Source: Candidatus Sumerlaeia bacterium | Lineage (GTDB): Bacteria > Sumerlaeota > Sumerlaeia > SLMS01 > JANRJK01 | Assembly: GCA_033764015.1 (NCBI GenBank) | Contig: JANRJK010000036.1 | Coordinates: forward strand, 1 to 64,000 | DNA length: 64,000 nucleotides | Direction of reading: 5' to 3' | In this document: positions 37,652 to 47,520 of the stretch, in pieces | Layout: each line of letters opens with the position of its first letter | Numbering within the stretch: the first letter of the stretch is position 1 | Program-made: the position numbers and the translations under genes | The notes under the pieces: model-generated | Database searches by the model: none | What the model saw: the letters and a program-made list of their open reading frames with translations, nothing else | What the model was told of the DNA's origin: nothing

Positions 37652-38932
37652 ATGGAACGGGAGCGGTTGTTGGAGGTGGTACTGGGGGCAGTGGCGAAGA
37701 GCACGGGCTTGCCGCGAACCAAAGTGAAGCCCGAATCACGCTTTCTCGAAGATCTCGATTTGGACAGCTTGGCGGTCTTGGAAGTGGTGATGGCCATCGA
37801 GGAAGCTCTCGGCATCTCGATCCCCGACGGCGTGGTCGCGGAGCTGTTCACGCACACTCGGACCGTGGGAGAATTCGCGGAGGCGCTCGCCGGGATACGC
37901 CCAGGGCTCCGGCGCCATTCGCCGATGCCTACGCAGAGGCCGCCAAGCCCTCCGAGCCTCGCCCCGTTTTCGCAGCTCTGCGGCAGGCTGGATGGCCCGC
38001 TCCCCCGGCCGGGCTCAATCTACGAGGAATGGCCGGGGGATGGCTCGGGCCATCGCCGTTTGCGCCGCAAGACGGATGGAATGGTCTGCATCGAAGTGCC
38101 GTCCGCCCTCGTCGAGCTGGGGTCGCCGGATCCTGATTCGCCTCCGGACCAACGCCCCCTCCATGCGGAGATGGTTCCGGGATTCCTGATCGACATCGAG
38201 CCCGTCTCCACCACCGCCTTCGCCCGCTTCCTGAACTCCTGCGGGATCGAGCCTGGGCGCCTTGCGTTTGATCTGTTCGGCACCCGCGAAGACGACCGGC
38301 GCCGCGTCGACACGCAGCTCGCATGGCGCGGCGGCACGTGGGAGCCGGTCGCTGACTCCGCGCGCCTGCCGATGATCCTCGTCTCCTGGCACGGGGCGAA
38401 CGCCTACTCGCTTTGGGCGCACGGCTACGATTGGCGGCGTTACACCGGCGATGGCGCGGTCGCACCGTACGCGGACGGGTGCGCATGCGATGCTCCCCAG
38501 GCCCCGCCGCCCCACGGCTTCCTCCCGAGCGAAGCCGAGTGGGAGTACGCCGCCCGGGGGACGGTGCACAGACATTACCCGTGGGGGGATGGTGGCTTGC
38601 CCGAGGCCCTGAGCGTTGTAGGTCTCGCAGAAGCGGTGCGGACGGGATCGATCTCTGGGCTGCCGCTATCGCCTGTGAACGCGGAACTCGCCGTCTCGCC
38701 CTGCGGAGCGCGCCACATGGCGGGAAACGTGTGGAACTGGTGCCGCGACTGGTACTCGCCCACGCGGCACACCGAGGGGAAGCCACCGCTGCGGGGCGAC
38801 CACCGCGCGGAACGCGGCGGGAGCTGGGTGGGACCCGCCCGACTCGCCCAGAGCAGCTACCGCCGCGCGCGGAAACCGCATCTCCGGGGCCGTTGCCTGG
38901 GCTTCCGCTGCGCCGCGCCGCCTAGCGCTTGA
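37652..38932 (+). CDS. Acyl carrier protein fused to an FGE-sulfatase (SUMF1/EgtB-like) domain
   Basis: DLDLDSLAVLEVVMAIEEALGISIPD (phosphopantetheine Ser); LPSEAEWEYAARG, YPWG, MAGNVWNW, RGGSW and LGFRC. Confidence 0.85.
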   Translation: MERERLLEVVLGAVAKSTGLPRTKVKPESRFLEDLDLDSLAVLEVVMAIEEALGISIPDGVVAELFTHTRTVGEFAEALAGIRPGLRRHSPMPTQRPPSPPSLAPFSQLCGRLDGPLPRPGSIYEEWPGDGSGHRRLRRKTDGMVCIEVPSALVELGSPDPDSPPDQRPLHAEMVPGFLIDIEPVSTTAFARFLNSCGIEPGRLAFDLFGTREDDRRRVDTQLAWRGGTWEPVADSARLPMILVSWHGANAYSLWAHGYDWRRYTGDGAVAPYADGCACDAPQAPPPHGFLPSEAEWEYAARGTVHRHYPWGDGGLPEALSVVGLAEAVRTGSISGLPLSPVNAELAVSPCGARHMAGNVWNWCRDWYSPTRHTEGKPPLRGDHRAERGGSWVGPARLAQSSYRRARKPHLRGRCLGFRCAAPPSA

Positions 38933-38984
38933 CCACGCGCGCCGCCGCGCCAGCATAGCGGCGCCAACGCCTCCGGAGCCCTTC

Positions 38985-39314
38985 ATGCGCGCACCCGCCT
39001 TCGTCCCCGACTTCTACCCCGAACCCATCATCGGATCCTTCGTCTTCTACCTCTGCGGCATCGCGCTCTTCATCGCCTACTTCCAGGTGGTCATGGACGT
39101 CTGGGAGCAGTCCGGCAACAAGCCCACGCTGAAGGCGGTGTTCTTCACCGCCGCCTTCTGGACGGTGGTCGGCGCGCTCACGCTGCCGCTCTACGCGCTC
39201 ACGCAGTACAAGCCGGAGCACCGCCGCATGACGCTCTTCGCCACGTCCGTCCTCGGCGTGGTCGGCACCGCCGCCGGCTTCTACCTGTGCTTCCTCACCG
39301 GCTACATGGTCTGA
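38985..39314 (+). CDS. Small membrane protein (about 3 TM helices)
   Basis: GGAG RBS; three hydrophobic segments; codon usage typical of the window. Confidence 0.75.
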   Translation: MRAPAFVPDFYPEPIIGSFVFYLCGIALFIAYFQVVMDVWEQSGNKPTLKAVFFTAAFWTVVGALTLPLYALTQYKPEHRRMTLFATSVLGVVGTAAGFYLCFLTGYMV

Positions 39315-39408
39315 CGCCCGACGCGGCTTGACCGAGGGCGGCGCGCCGCGCTTCCTTCCATCGCAACGGACCGACACGCTTCCCCACGCACCGCCGAGGC
39401 CTCCCGAC

Positions 39409-39633
39409 ATGAACGCCGCCGACAGCTCCGCAGTCCTCAACCTGATCCAGAAGAAGATGGCCGAGAAGGACGAGATCATCCGGGAGCAGATGGAGCAGAT
39501 CGTGCAGCTCGAAGACGAGCTCGGGAAGGCCCGGACGAAGGCCGAAGGGCTCGAGCACGAGCTCGCGAAGCTGCAGGAGATGAAGAACGACTACCTGCAG
39601 CTCAAGTCGCAGCTCCAGCAGCTCCTCGGATGA
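39409..39633 (+). CDS. Small coiled-coil protein
   Basis: Heptad-rich MAEKDEIIREQMEQIVQLEDEL...; stop overlaps the next ATG. Confidence 0.75.
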   Translation: MNAADSSAVLNLIQKKMAEKDEIIREQMEQIVQLEDELGKARTKAEGLEHELAKLQEMKNDYLQLKSQLQQLLG

Positions 39634-40214
39634 GCATGCCGCGGGCGCTGTTGCTGATCCTGCTCGCGGCCGCGATGGCTTTGGGCTGCGGCAAGGACGA
39701 GCCGAAGCTCGCCCCCGACCCGGAATTCTCGATCAACGTGCTCGAAACCCCCTCCTGGTGGCCGCGCGAGGAGAAGGACTGGCCCGGCAACCCCATCGAG
39801 GCGCGGCTCATGGAGGACACGCTCGCCGAGCGCGGACGCCCGGACTTCCTGCGCGTCGTCTGGACGCGCGACCGCCGCATCGTCCGCCAGAGCGACATGA
39901 TCTCCGCCCTCTCCGCCGATGGCCGCGGCCTCAAGGACGCCACCGAGTTCGAATGGGTCTACCTCGACGACGAGGAGGTGGTCCGCTTCAAGGCCGCCGA
40001 GACGGAGGTCCGCCCGCTCGACGGACGCCTCCGCGCGGTGTGCCTCTACGGCGACCCGCAAGCCTTCAAGAGCGGCAAGGACCCCCTCGGGCGCGAACGC
40101 GAGACGTACTTCTACTACGACCGCGGCAAGATCTTCTACTTCCTGGCCGACGACGGAACGCAAGTCGGCGAGGACACGATCCCCGTCACGCCCTACTATC
40201 CCCGCCGCGAGTGA
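39630..40214 (+). CDS. Lipoprotein, hypothetical
   Basis: Lipobox ALGC after a hydrophobic core. Confidence 0.8.
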   Translation: MSMPRALLLILLAAAMALGCGKDEPKLAPDPEFSINVLETPSWWPREEKDWPGNPIEARLMEDTLAERGRPDFLRVVWTRDRRIVRQSDMISALSADGRGLKDATEFEWVYLDDEEVVRFKAAETEVRPLDGRLRAVCLYGDPQAFKSGKDPLGRERETYFYYDRGKIFYFLADDGTQVGEDTIPVTPYYPRRE

Positions 40215-40225
40215 GGCACACAACG

Positions 40226-40783
40226 ATGGCGCACGACCTGATGGACGACCTCGAAGAGGTCCTGCTGGACGAGCGCGCCATCGCGACCCGCGTGGCCGAG
40301 ATGGGCGCGCAGATCAGCGCCGACTACTACGACAAGGACCTGGTCCTCATCGGCATCCTGCGCGGCGCCGTGGTGTTCCTCAGCGACCTCACCCGCGCCA
40401 TCCCGATTCCCCACTCCCTCGACATGATGGGCGCGTCGTCCTACGGCAAGTCCACCGTCTCGCAGGGCTTCGTCCGCATCACGAACGACGTCAGCATGGA
40501 CCTCGAGAACAAGGATGTGCTTGTGATCGAGGACATCTACGACTCGGGGCGCACCCTCGCGGTGGTTCGCGACATGGTTCAGGCGCACAAGCCGCGCAGC
40601 ATCGAGCTATGCGCGTTCCTCTGGAAGGAAGTGGGCAACCGCGCGGCGAACCTCGACGTGAAGTACCACGGCTTCCGCATCCCCGACAAGTTCGTCGTGG
40701 GCTACGGGCTCGACTACTCGGAGCACTACCGGAACCTCCCCGTGGTCGGCGTGTTGAAGCCCGAAGTGTACATGAATCGGTAG
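40226..40783 (+). CDS. hpt: Hypoxanthine phosphoribosyltransferase
   Basis: GILRGAVVFLSDL, SSYG, VLVIEDIYDSGRTL and FVVGYGLDY. Confidence 0.96.
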   Translation: MAHDLMDDLEEVLLDERAIATRVAEMGAQISADYYDKDLVLIGILRGAVVFLSDLTRAIPIPHSLDMMGASSYGKSTVSQGFVRITNDVSMDLENKDVLVIEDIYDSGRTLAVVRDMVQAHKPRSIELCAFLWKEVGNRAANLDVKYHGFRIPDKFVVGYGLDYSEHYRNLPVVGVLKPEVYMNR

Positions 40784-40926
40784 TTCCCCGCGGCATCCCC
40801 GGGATGAATCCGGAGACCAACGCTCCCAACGCCTGATTTTTCGCAAGACCCCAGATCGGGTTTGAATTCCTGCGCGCACGACCGCTCTGCTGCACCCGAG
40901 ACCGGGCTTTCGAGGAGCCGCAACCC

Positions 40927-41316
40927 TTGGCCAGCAAGAGCGTCCTGCACCGCGAAGACTCCGCCCAGCACGCCATCGTGCGCCTGCGTCCCGGCGCCGA
41001 GGCGGACCACTGCAACTGCTTCTGCCGCGTGACGCTCATCACGCCCGAGACGATCCGCCTCGAGACCTCGGCGCTTTCGCCGGAGGACGGCGGCGCCGTC
41101 TTCAACCACAACGAGATCGTCGAGGTCTACCTGCCGCTGCCCGACCCGTGCCCCGCGGTTCAGACGCGCGCGCGCGTGCTCGGCGTGCTCGTGAACTACG
41201 AGCGCGGCCTTCCACCGGTCACTCTCGATCTGGGTTTCGTGCAGCTCACGCCGCAGGAGGAGGAGCGCCTGCGCGATTCGAACCCGGGGCTCTTCCGGCT
41301 GCCGCTCGTCGGTTAG
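40927..41316 (+). CDS. Degenerate PilZ-like domain protein
   Basis: TTG start after GAGGAG. VEVYLPLP...ARVLGV...LGFVQLTPQEEERL resembles the PilZ C-terminal half; RxxxR and DxSxxG are absent. Confidence 0.55.
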   Translation: MASKSVLHREDSAQHAIVRLRPGAEADHCNCFCRVTLITPETIRLETSALSPEDGGAVFNHNEIVEVYLPLPDPCPAVQTRARVLGVLVNYERGLPPVTLDLGFVQLTPQEEERLRDSNPGLFRLPLVG

Positions 41317-41642
41317 CCCGTCGGCGGCTCGTCGTCCGCGAGCGGGTACGCGAGCACACGCTCTGAGTGCCGCGCCCAGACACCCGCGAGCCAGCCGCTC
41401 GCCATCGCCACCGCCGCCAGGATCCCGGCCGTCGCGATCGAATCGAACCCGATGGTGCGGATCAGCACTTCGTGCAGCGTCCACAGCGCAAGCAGCCACG
41501 GCCCGAGGGCGCCGACGCAGAACGCCGCGCGCTGGTGGCGGAGCGCCCCGGAGAAGTACAACGCGAAACCCGCGAGCGGTAGCAGCACCGCCAGCGCGAT
41601 CAGCGCCTTCCACATGAAGCCGATGTCGAGAAGCAGGCTCAC
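41313..41642 (-). CDS. Small membrane protein
   Basis: GTG start after GGAGG; three hydrophobic helices; downstream of alr. Confidence 0.6.
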   Translation of the reverse strand: MSLLLDIGFMWKALIALAVLLPLAGFALYFSGALRHQRAAFCVGALGPWLLALWTLHEVLIRTIGFDSIATAGILAAVAMASGWLAGVWARHSERVLAYPLADDEPPTG

Positions 41643-41833
41643 CGTGACAGCCTCCGTTCGCGGCGCCGTTCGATCCGCGTCCACACACCGATGATCCATT
41701 GCGCCGCGGCGGTAGCGAGCGCAAAGGCGAGCAGCCACGCGCCCGGCGCCGCCAAGTGGCGCAGAGGGCTTTCCGGGCTCCCCCACCACGCGTAGGAGGC
41801 GAGCGCCAACAGCGCGACCCCCGCGAAGGCCAT
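41639..41833 (-). CDS. Small membrane protein (start uncertain, may extend upstream)
   Basis: Two hydrophobic segments; stop overlaps the next GTG. Confidence 0.4.
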   Translation of the reverse strand: MAFAGVALLALASYAWWGSPESPLRHLAAPGAWLLAFALATAAAQWIIGVWTRIERRRERRLSR

Positions 41834-41918
41834 CAGCCGCCTCGCGAACAGGAAGAGCGCCACCGCCCAGTCGCCCGCCGTGAAGCCGCGCAGCCCGTGC
41901 GGCTCCGGCGGCGGTCCG

Positions 41919-43097
41919 TCAGGCTTCCGGATAATCCTCGAGATAGATGCGCGGGACGCGCCGCGAGAGGTGGCAGGCCAGTTCATAGGGAATCGTCCCC
42001 GCGATCTCCGCCGCTTCCTCAAGGGAAATGCGCTCGGTGCCTTGCGCGCCGTAGAGGACCACCTCGTCGCCGGGCCGCGCCTCCGGAATGTCCGACAGGT
42101 CCACTAGGATCTGGTCCATGCAGACGCGCCCCAGCACCCGGGCCCGCCGACCGCCCACCAGCACCTGCGCGCGGCTCGACATCGCCCGCGGATAGCCGTC
42201 GCCGTAACCGATCGGCACCAGCCCCACCGGCGTGTCGCGCTCCAGCACGAGCGTGCGCCCGTAGGAGATCGACGACCCCGAGCGGCGCTGGTGCACCGCG
42301 GCTAGCCGCGACGCCAGCTTCAGCACCTGGCGCACCGGCGCGTTCACCATCTTGCCGGTCGAGGGCTCGGCGCCGTACATCAGGATGCCCGGCCGGACCA
42401 GTTCGTAGTGCGCGTGCGCGTGCCGCAGCACGGCCCCGGAATTGGCCGCGTGGTACACGGGGCGGATATCGAGGCGGTAGATGCGCCGCACCGCCGCCTC
42501 GAAGCGCTCGCGCTGCCAGTTCGTGAAGGCGCCGTCCTCCTGCTCCGCGCTTTCGGCGCAGGCGAAGTGCGTGAACACGCCCTCGATGTGCTCGCGGTGC
42601 TGGCGCGCCAGCTCGAACCACGCCGGGCTCTCCGCGTCGAAGCCGTAGCGCCCCATGCCGGTGTCGAGCTTCAGGTGGATGCGCGCGGGGAAGCCGAAGC
42701 GCCGCGCCATGCGCACATGCGCCTGCACCACCTCCGTGGTGCCTCCCGCGACGCTCACCTGCGCCTCCTGCAGCGCGCGCGCGTCCGTCGGGTCCGTCGG
42801 GCCCATCACGAGCACGGGGATCGACTCGAAACCCGCGGTGCCGCGCAGTTCCAGCGCCTCGTCGGCGGTGCCCACGGCGAAGCCCTGCACGCCCCACCGC
42901 AAGCACGCGCGCGCCACCGGCACCATGCCGTGGCCGTAGGCGTCCGCCTTCACCACCGCCAGGATGCCGGTGCGCGGACCAACCGTCCGGCGGATGAAAT
43001 CCAAGTTCTCCCACAACGCCGCGAGATCGATCACGGCGGCGGTCGGGCGCAGCGAAGCGCGTTGTTCCAGAAGCGGCGGGGAGGTGGCGGGGGTCAC
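41919..43097 (-). CDS. alr: Alanine racemase
   Basis: VVKADAYGHG, HLKLDTGMGR, HAANS, VRPGI, GYGDG and GRVCMDQ. Start is probably GTG 43097, although the frame is open to 43259. Confidence 0.95.
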   Translation of the reverse strand: MTPATSPPLLEQRASLRPTAAVIDLAALWENLDFIRRTVGPRTGILAVVKADAYGHGMVPVARACLRWGVQGFAVGTADEALELRGTAGFESIPVLVMGPTDPTDARALQEAQVSVAGGTTEVVQAHVRMARRFGFPARIHLKLDTGMGRYGFDAESPAWFELARQHREHIEGVFTHFACAESAEQEDGAFTNWQRERFEAAVRRIYRLDIRPVYHAANSGAVLRHAHAHYELVRPGILMYGAEPSTGKMVNAPVRQVLKLASRLAAVHQRRSGSSISYGRTLVLERDTPVGLVPIGYGDGYPRAMSSRAQVLVGGRRARVLGRVCMDQILVDLSDIPEARPGDEVVLYGAQGTERISLEEAAEIAGTIPYELACHLSRRVPRIYLEDYPEA

Positions 43098-43365
43098 TCG
43101 AAGCGGTCGGCCATCGTGGCGGTACCCGCTGTTCGACGCCGCGAAGGCGCACAACAGCAAGAACGAAATCGCAGGCGCGCAACGGCGGGCGATCCCGCCC
43201 CGCGGGACGGCTCCAAGGGGTGGAGGCGGTGCCAGCGGGATCGAGTGGGGCCGGCTCACGACCCGGCTGGCGCGTTTGCGTGGCGCCTTCCACCATCCGC
43301 AACCGCAGCGCCACCAGAATCGAGGCGGAGCGCCCGCACCAATGATTCGGAAGCGCGCTTGGTTG

Positions 43366-44766
43366 CTAGCCCGACACCTTCCGCAGCTCCGTCAGCGGGG
43401 CGAATGTCTTCGAGAAGTGCTTCCCCTTCTTGGTGCGGTAGGTGTCCCACCACTTCGCCTCCATGAGGAGGAAGGTGAGGCCATCGTCCCCCATGGTTTC
43501 GCGCGTCACGCGGATTTCGAACAAAGGCTTGAGCAGTTGCTCCGCGGCGACGACGGCGTCGAGCCCCCAAAGGGCTTCATCGCCTTGAGTGGAGCTGACC
43601 TCCACCGTTTCCGACTTGCCGCCGAAACTCAATTTGAAGCGACTCCCACCCATATGCTCCCACTCGAACGGCTGATCTTCCGGTAGGGCGCCGGTGATCG
43701 CGTCGAAACCCGCGTCGACGCCGTCCTTCCAATCAAGATGGAAGAGCTGCGGGATCGGAAGCACATCGTCGAGGAGTTCTTCCTCTTCCCGCTTCGCGGT
43801 GACCATCTTGAGGATCTCCGCTCCCGTAGGCGGCTTGCGGACGGGCCACTGGGTGAACGGAGCGGTGCGAATTTCCTCGAGGGCGGCTTGGACCTTTTCC
43901 GGTCCCATTACTTCACTTTGCCACGCATCGAAGAACTCGTTGGGGAGCGCGTGGAAATCGTCGGGAGGCGGGACCACGGCCGGATGAAACACCTTGAGGG
44001 CGTCGCAATGCAGGCACCCGGACAAACCCATCCTGCGTCGCACGCAATCCAAGGCGATAACCTCGAACGGGAAGTCCGCTTCGATACCGAAGAACTCTTC
44101 TCTCGTTGACGCAGTTCGTGTTGATTTTGCGATGCGATACTTTACGATAGCTGCGACCAGCGGTTTGATCGGGACATCTAGATTCCACTGTTCAATGACG
44201 GCATGGAATGGAGAGCCTTCGAGCTGCTCCATGAAGGAGCGAGGAACTTCTTTGCCCCGCTCCAGAAAGAACAAGCAATAGAGGAACCACAGGACTGGGG
44301 GTGGTGAAATCACTCCATAACTTCGTTCAATCCGGTCGCATGGAAGTTGGAGGACTCTTAGTATTCCGATTAAATGAGGTGACGCGGGTGGAGGGTAAAC
44401 AGACAACAAAATGGCGATGTGCAACGGGAGGTAGGTCATCTCCACGCGTCCCATTTGCCTTCCCTTCCGGTCGACGCGGAAGGTATCCAATATCTCCGCC
44501 AACCTCATCGACGCAGCACGCTCCAGATACTGCCAGCCCTGCAGCGGAGATTCAGAAAGCATGATTATCCCGAGGATGCAACTCCTGAAACACACTTTCT
44601 GCAAGTACGGACTGGGAGCACAATCGTAATTCAGCGGTCCACGACGCTTCACTGAATTGCAGACGTCGGTCAAGAGGGAGTGGATGAGGGGCGGATGAGT
44701 CGAGAGCACTTCCTTCAAATCCTCATCGCCTGTGAAGAGCTTACTTCCGGGATTGTACTTGGCCAT
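43366..44766 (-). CDS. Hypothetical lower-GC protein, immunity-protein-like
   Basis: The 5' two-thirds is visibly more AT-rich than the flanks; AAAGGA RBS; FPFEVIAL..RRRMGL and LDWKD motifs. Confidence 0.7.
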   Translation of the reverse strand: MAKYNPGSKLFTGDEDLKEVLSTHPPLIHSLLTDVCNSVKRRGPLNYDCAPSPYLQKVCFRSCILGIIMLSESPLQGWQYLERAASMRLAEILDTFRVDRKGRQMGRVEMTYLPLHIAILLSVYPPPASPHLIGILRVLQLPCDRIERSYGVISPPPVLWFLYCLFFLERGKEVPRSFMEQLEGSPFHAVIEQWNLDVPIKPLVAAIVKYRIAKSTRTASTREEFFGIEADFPFEVIALDCVRRRMGLSGCLHCDALKVFHPAVVPPPDDFHALPNEFFDAWQSEVMGPEKVQAALEEIRTAPFTQWPVRKPPTGAEILKMVTAKREEEELLDDVLPIPQLFHLDWKDGVDAGFDAITGALPEDQPFEWEHMGGSRFKLSFGGKSETVEVSSTQGDEALWGLDAVVAAEQLLKPLFEIRVTRETMGDDGLTFLLMEAKWWDTYRTKKGKHFSKTFAPLTELRKVSG

Positions 44767-45217
44767 TTGTAGTCCTTTCCACTGCCGGGGTTGCGGGACG
44801 GGCTTGGTGAGCCTGCCTTCCACGGGAAGCGGGAGGTCTCCTTCGGAGGGCACTTCCGCTGGCGCCCGCGTCTCGCGCACAATCCAAGCAGCGCACTGAG
44901 GCACCAGACGCCGCCAGCCGCCTGCGCCCCATCTGGATCCCGACCGGCGGGAGCCGTGCCCCGGTCCATACCATTCCAGCGCGCTTGGATTCGCCTCCGT
45001 GCGTTCGCACGACAGTTTCACTCCATGCCTTGGGTACCACTCAGAGCGTTAGCGAACTACAGTCGACGTCCCGCCCGTCAACCGGAATCGGTATTCGAAC
45101 CGCCACCCGCTTGGCTCCCCCGCGGCGACAGCCACCCCCCGTCCTGCGAACCCCCTTGGCTTTCCGCTCCCGTGCCGGTGCAATCGTCGGCGGGACATGG
45201 AGCGCCCCGCACCGACC

Positions 45218-46309
45218 ATGGGTATTGCCGGCACCAGCACCGCGGAGCATTTGCGCCGCCTCACTCAGACGCTCGCGGACGTCGAGAACCAGCTCGCCTC
45301 GCCGGAGGCGGCGGCGAGCCCGAAGCGCTTGGCGGAGCTGGGGCGCCAGCACAACGACCTGCGCGAGACGATCGAGACGGCGCGCTTGCTTGTGTCGGCG
45401 GAGTCGCGGCTGGCGCAGGCGTTGGAGATGCTCGCGAACGAGGGCGACGCGGAGCTGCGCGAGCTGGCGGAGGCGGACCGGGGCGAAGCGGCGGCGGACG
45501 CGGAGCGCCTCACCCGGCGGCTGCAGTCGCGCCTGCTCCCGCCGGACCCGTACGACGGGCGCGGGATCATGCTCGAGATCCGCGCCGGCACCGGCGGCGA
45601 GGAGGCGGCGCTCTTCGCGGCGGACTTGTTCCGCATGTACATGCGCTTCTTCGAGGCGCGCGGGTGGGCGGTCGAACCCGTCTCGCAGACCGACAGCGAA
45701 ATGGGTGGCTTCCGCGAAGTGATCGTGAACATCAAAACCCCCGGCGCGTGGTCCTGGCTCAAGTTCGAGGGCGGCACGCACCGCGTGCAGCGTGTGCCCG
45801 CCACGGAGACTCAAGGGCGCATCCACACGAGCGCCGCCACGGTGGCCGTGCTGCCGGAGGCGGAGGAAACCGATGTCGTCATCAAGGACACGGACCTGCG
45901 CATCGACACGATGACGTCGCAGGGCGCGGGCGGGCAGAGCGTGAACACGACGTACAGCGCCGTGCGCATCGTGCATCTTCCCACGGGCATGATCGTCCAG
46001 TGCCAGGACGAGCGCAGCCAGCTCCGGAACCGGGAGCGGGCGATGCAGGTGCTGCGGGCGCGGCTTATGGAGCGGCAGCTCGAGGCGGACCGCGAGGCGC
46101 GCAGCTCCATGCGCAAGGCGATGGTGGGCTCCGGCGACCGCAGCCAGCGGATCCGCACCTACAACTTCCCGCAGAACCGGGTCACGGACCACCGGATCAA
46201 CCTGACGCTGTACAACCTGGACCGCGTGATCCAGGGACAGGTCGACGAACTGTTCGAGGCGCTGCGCCAATCGGAGACGGAAGAGCGGCTGGCGGAGTTG
46301 TCGAGCTGA
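45218..46309 (+). CDS. prfA: Peptide chain release factor 1
   Basis: [24 protein letters not shown] (PxT recognition loop), GAGGQ and [16 protein letters not shown]. Confidence 0.97.
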   Translation: MGIAGTSTAEHLRRLTQTLADVENQLASPEAAASPKRLAELGRQHNDLRETIETARLLVSAESRLAQALEMLANEGDAELRELAEADRGEAAADAERLTRRLQSRLLPPDPYDGRGIMLEIRAGTGGEEAALFAADLFRMYMRFFEARGWAVEPVSQTDSEMGGFREVIVNIKTPGAWSWLKFEGGTHRVQRVPATETQGRIHTSAATVAVLPEAEETDVVIKDTDLRIDTMTSQGAGGQSVNTTYSAVRIVHLPTGMIVQCQDERSQLRNRERAMQVLRARLMERQLEADREARSSMRKAMVGSGDRSQRIRTYNFPQNRVTDHRINLTLYNLDRVIQGQVDELFEALRQSETEERLAELSS

Positions 46310-46378
46310 CGGAAATGGAAAGGGGGCGGACGCCTTGGCGCCCGCCCCCGGATTCCGGTGCGACGAGGATGCGCGGCC

Positions 46379-47341
46379 TTAGTTGGCGGCGGCGGTCTTC
46401 GTGGCTTCCTTTTCCTTCTGGGCGTTCTTCGCGGCTTCGGCCCACTTGATGGTGCAGCCGAACGCGCGGGTCTTCGTGACCTCGGGGGTCGAGCCCGCGA
46501 GGATCGAGTTGACGGCGTCCTTGGCGAACGTCTTCTCCGGGGCCTTCTGGCCACCGTCGAACGCGCCGTGGTACTGGATCACGCCGCTGCCGTCGAGGAT
46601 GAACACCTCGGGGGTGCGGGCGGCGCCGAAGGCGAGGGCCGTCATGCTGTCCGCGTCGCGCAGGAGCGTGAACGAGGGGCGCGCGGAGGCGTGCTCCTTG
46701 ATCTCCTCGGTCGAGTTGTTGAAGTTCGAGTCGATGGCGACCACGCGGACGCCCTTGCCCGAGTACTCCTTGGCGAACGCCTGGAAGCGCTCGTCGACTT
46801 CGACGACGTACGGGCAGTTCTGGTTCCAGAAGGTGATGACGGTGGCCTTGGCCTTGCCGTCGAAGAGCGCCTCGTTGGTGCCGGTGACGATGTTCGGAAG
46901 CTCGTGGGAGGGGATCGCCTTGCCGAGCTCGAAGCCGGTGTTGCCGGCCTTGCCGGCGTCCTCGGCGCCGCCCTGCGCGGTCGCGGAGCACTTGCCCTCG
47001 CACTTGCCGCCGTCGCCGCAACCCTTCTTGCCGGCGTCCTCGGCGCCGCCCTGGGCGACGGCCTTGCCGTCGGCCGAGCACGAGGACGCGCAGGCGCCCT
47101 TGGCCGCGTCGTCCGCACCGCCCTGCGCCACCTTGGCGCTGTCGCAGGCGGCCTTCGCGCCGCAGTCGCCCTTGGCCGAATCGTCCGCGCCGCCCTGGGC
47201 GACCTTCTTCGAATCGCACGACGCCGCGGCGCCGCAGTCGCCCTTGGCGACGTCCTTCGAGCCGCAGTCACCCGCAAAGGCGCTGCCGCCGAGCAACATC
47301 AAGCCCGCGACTGCGGCGAGCATCTTTGTGCCAGTGTTCAT
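46379..47341 (-). CDS. Secreted redoxin (AhpC/TSA-thioredoxin family) with N-terminal Cys-rich repeats
   Basis: Signal peptide; four AQGGA(D/E)D repeats with paired Cys; NCPYV, AIDSN, FGAARTPEVF and FGCTIKW. Confidence 0.88.
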   Translation of the reverse strand: MNTGTKMLAAVAGLMLLGGSAFAGDCGSKDVAKGDCGAAASCDSKKVAQGGADDSAKGDCGAKAACDSAKVAQGGADDAAKGACASSCSADGKAVAQGGAEDAGKKGCGDGGKCEGKCSATAQGGAEDAGKAGNTGFELGKAIPSHELPNIVTGTNEALFDGKAKATVITFWNQNCPYVVEVDERFQAFAKEYSGKGVRVVAIDSNFNNSTEEIKEHASARPSFTLLRDADSMTALAFGAARTPEVFILDGSGVIQYHGAFDGGQKAPEKTFAKDAVNSILAGSTPEVTKTRAFGCTIKWAEAAKNAQKEKEATKTAAAN

Positions 47342-47520
47342 GGGGGAAATCCTCCGGGGGTTTCTGGCGAGAGAGTGGCCGACGGGGGAATCCCGAGCGG
47401 CGTTGTTATGAGTCTACGCAATTCTGAAGCCCAGTTTCCGGCGCCGGTCAAGGCATGTTGGACTCCGCCGGAGTGGACGCGCGACGGGATGTCGTGGTTT
47501 GCCGCGGTTTTCCGCGGGCG

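Noticed and set aside
43098..43259. Signal-peptide-like N-terminal extension on alanine racemase
   Set aside because: More likely the ORF caller extending through GC-rich upstream DNA. Alr homology begins near RPTAAVIDL and a GTG at 43097 is available.
44896..44906. 11-nt match (ctgaggcacca) to the 3' end of tRNA-Phe (26354-26364), a possible attR site
   Set aside because: The match is short and the enclosed 18 kb contains housekeeping genes (opcA, hpt, alr), so it is not a coherent island. Chance is plausible, although it does sit beside a lower-GC gene.
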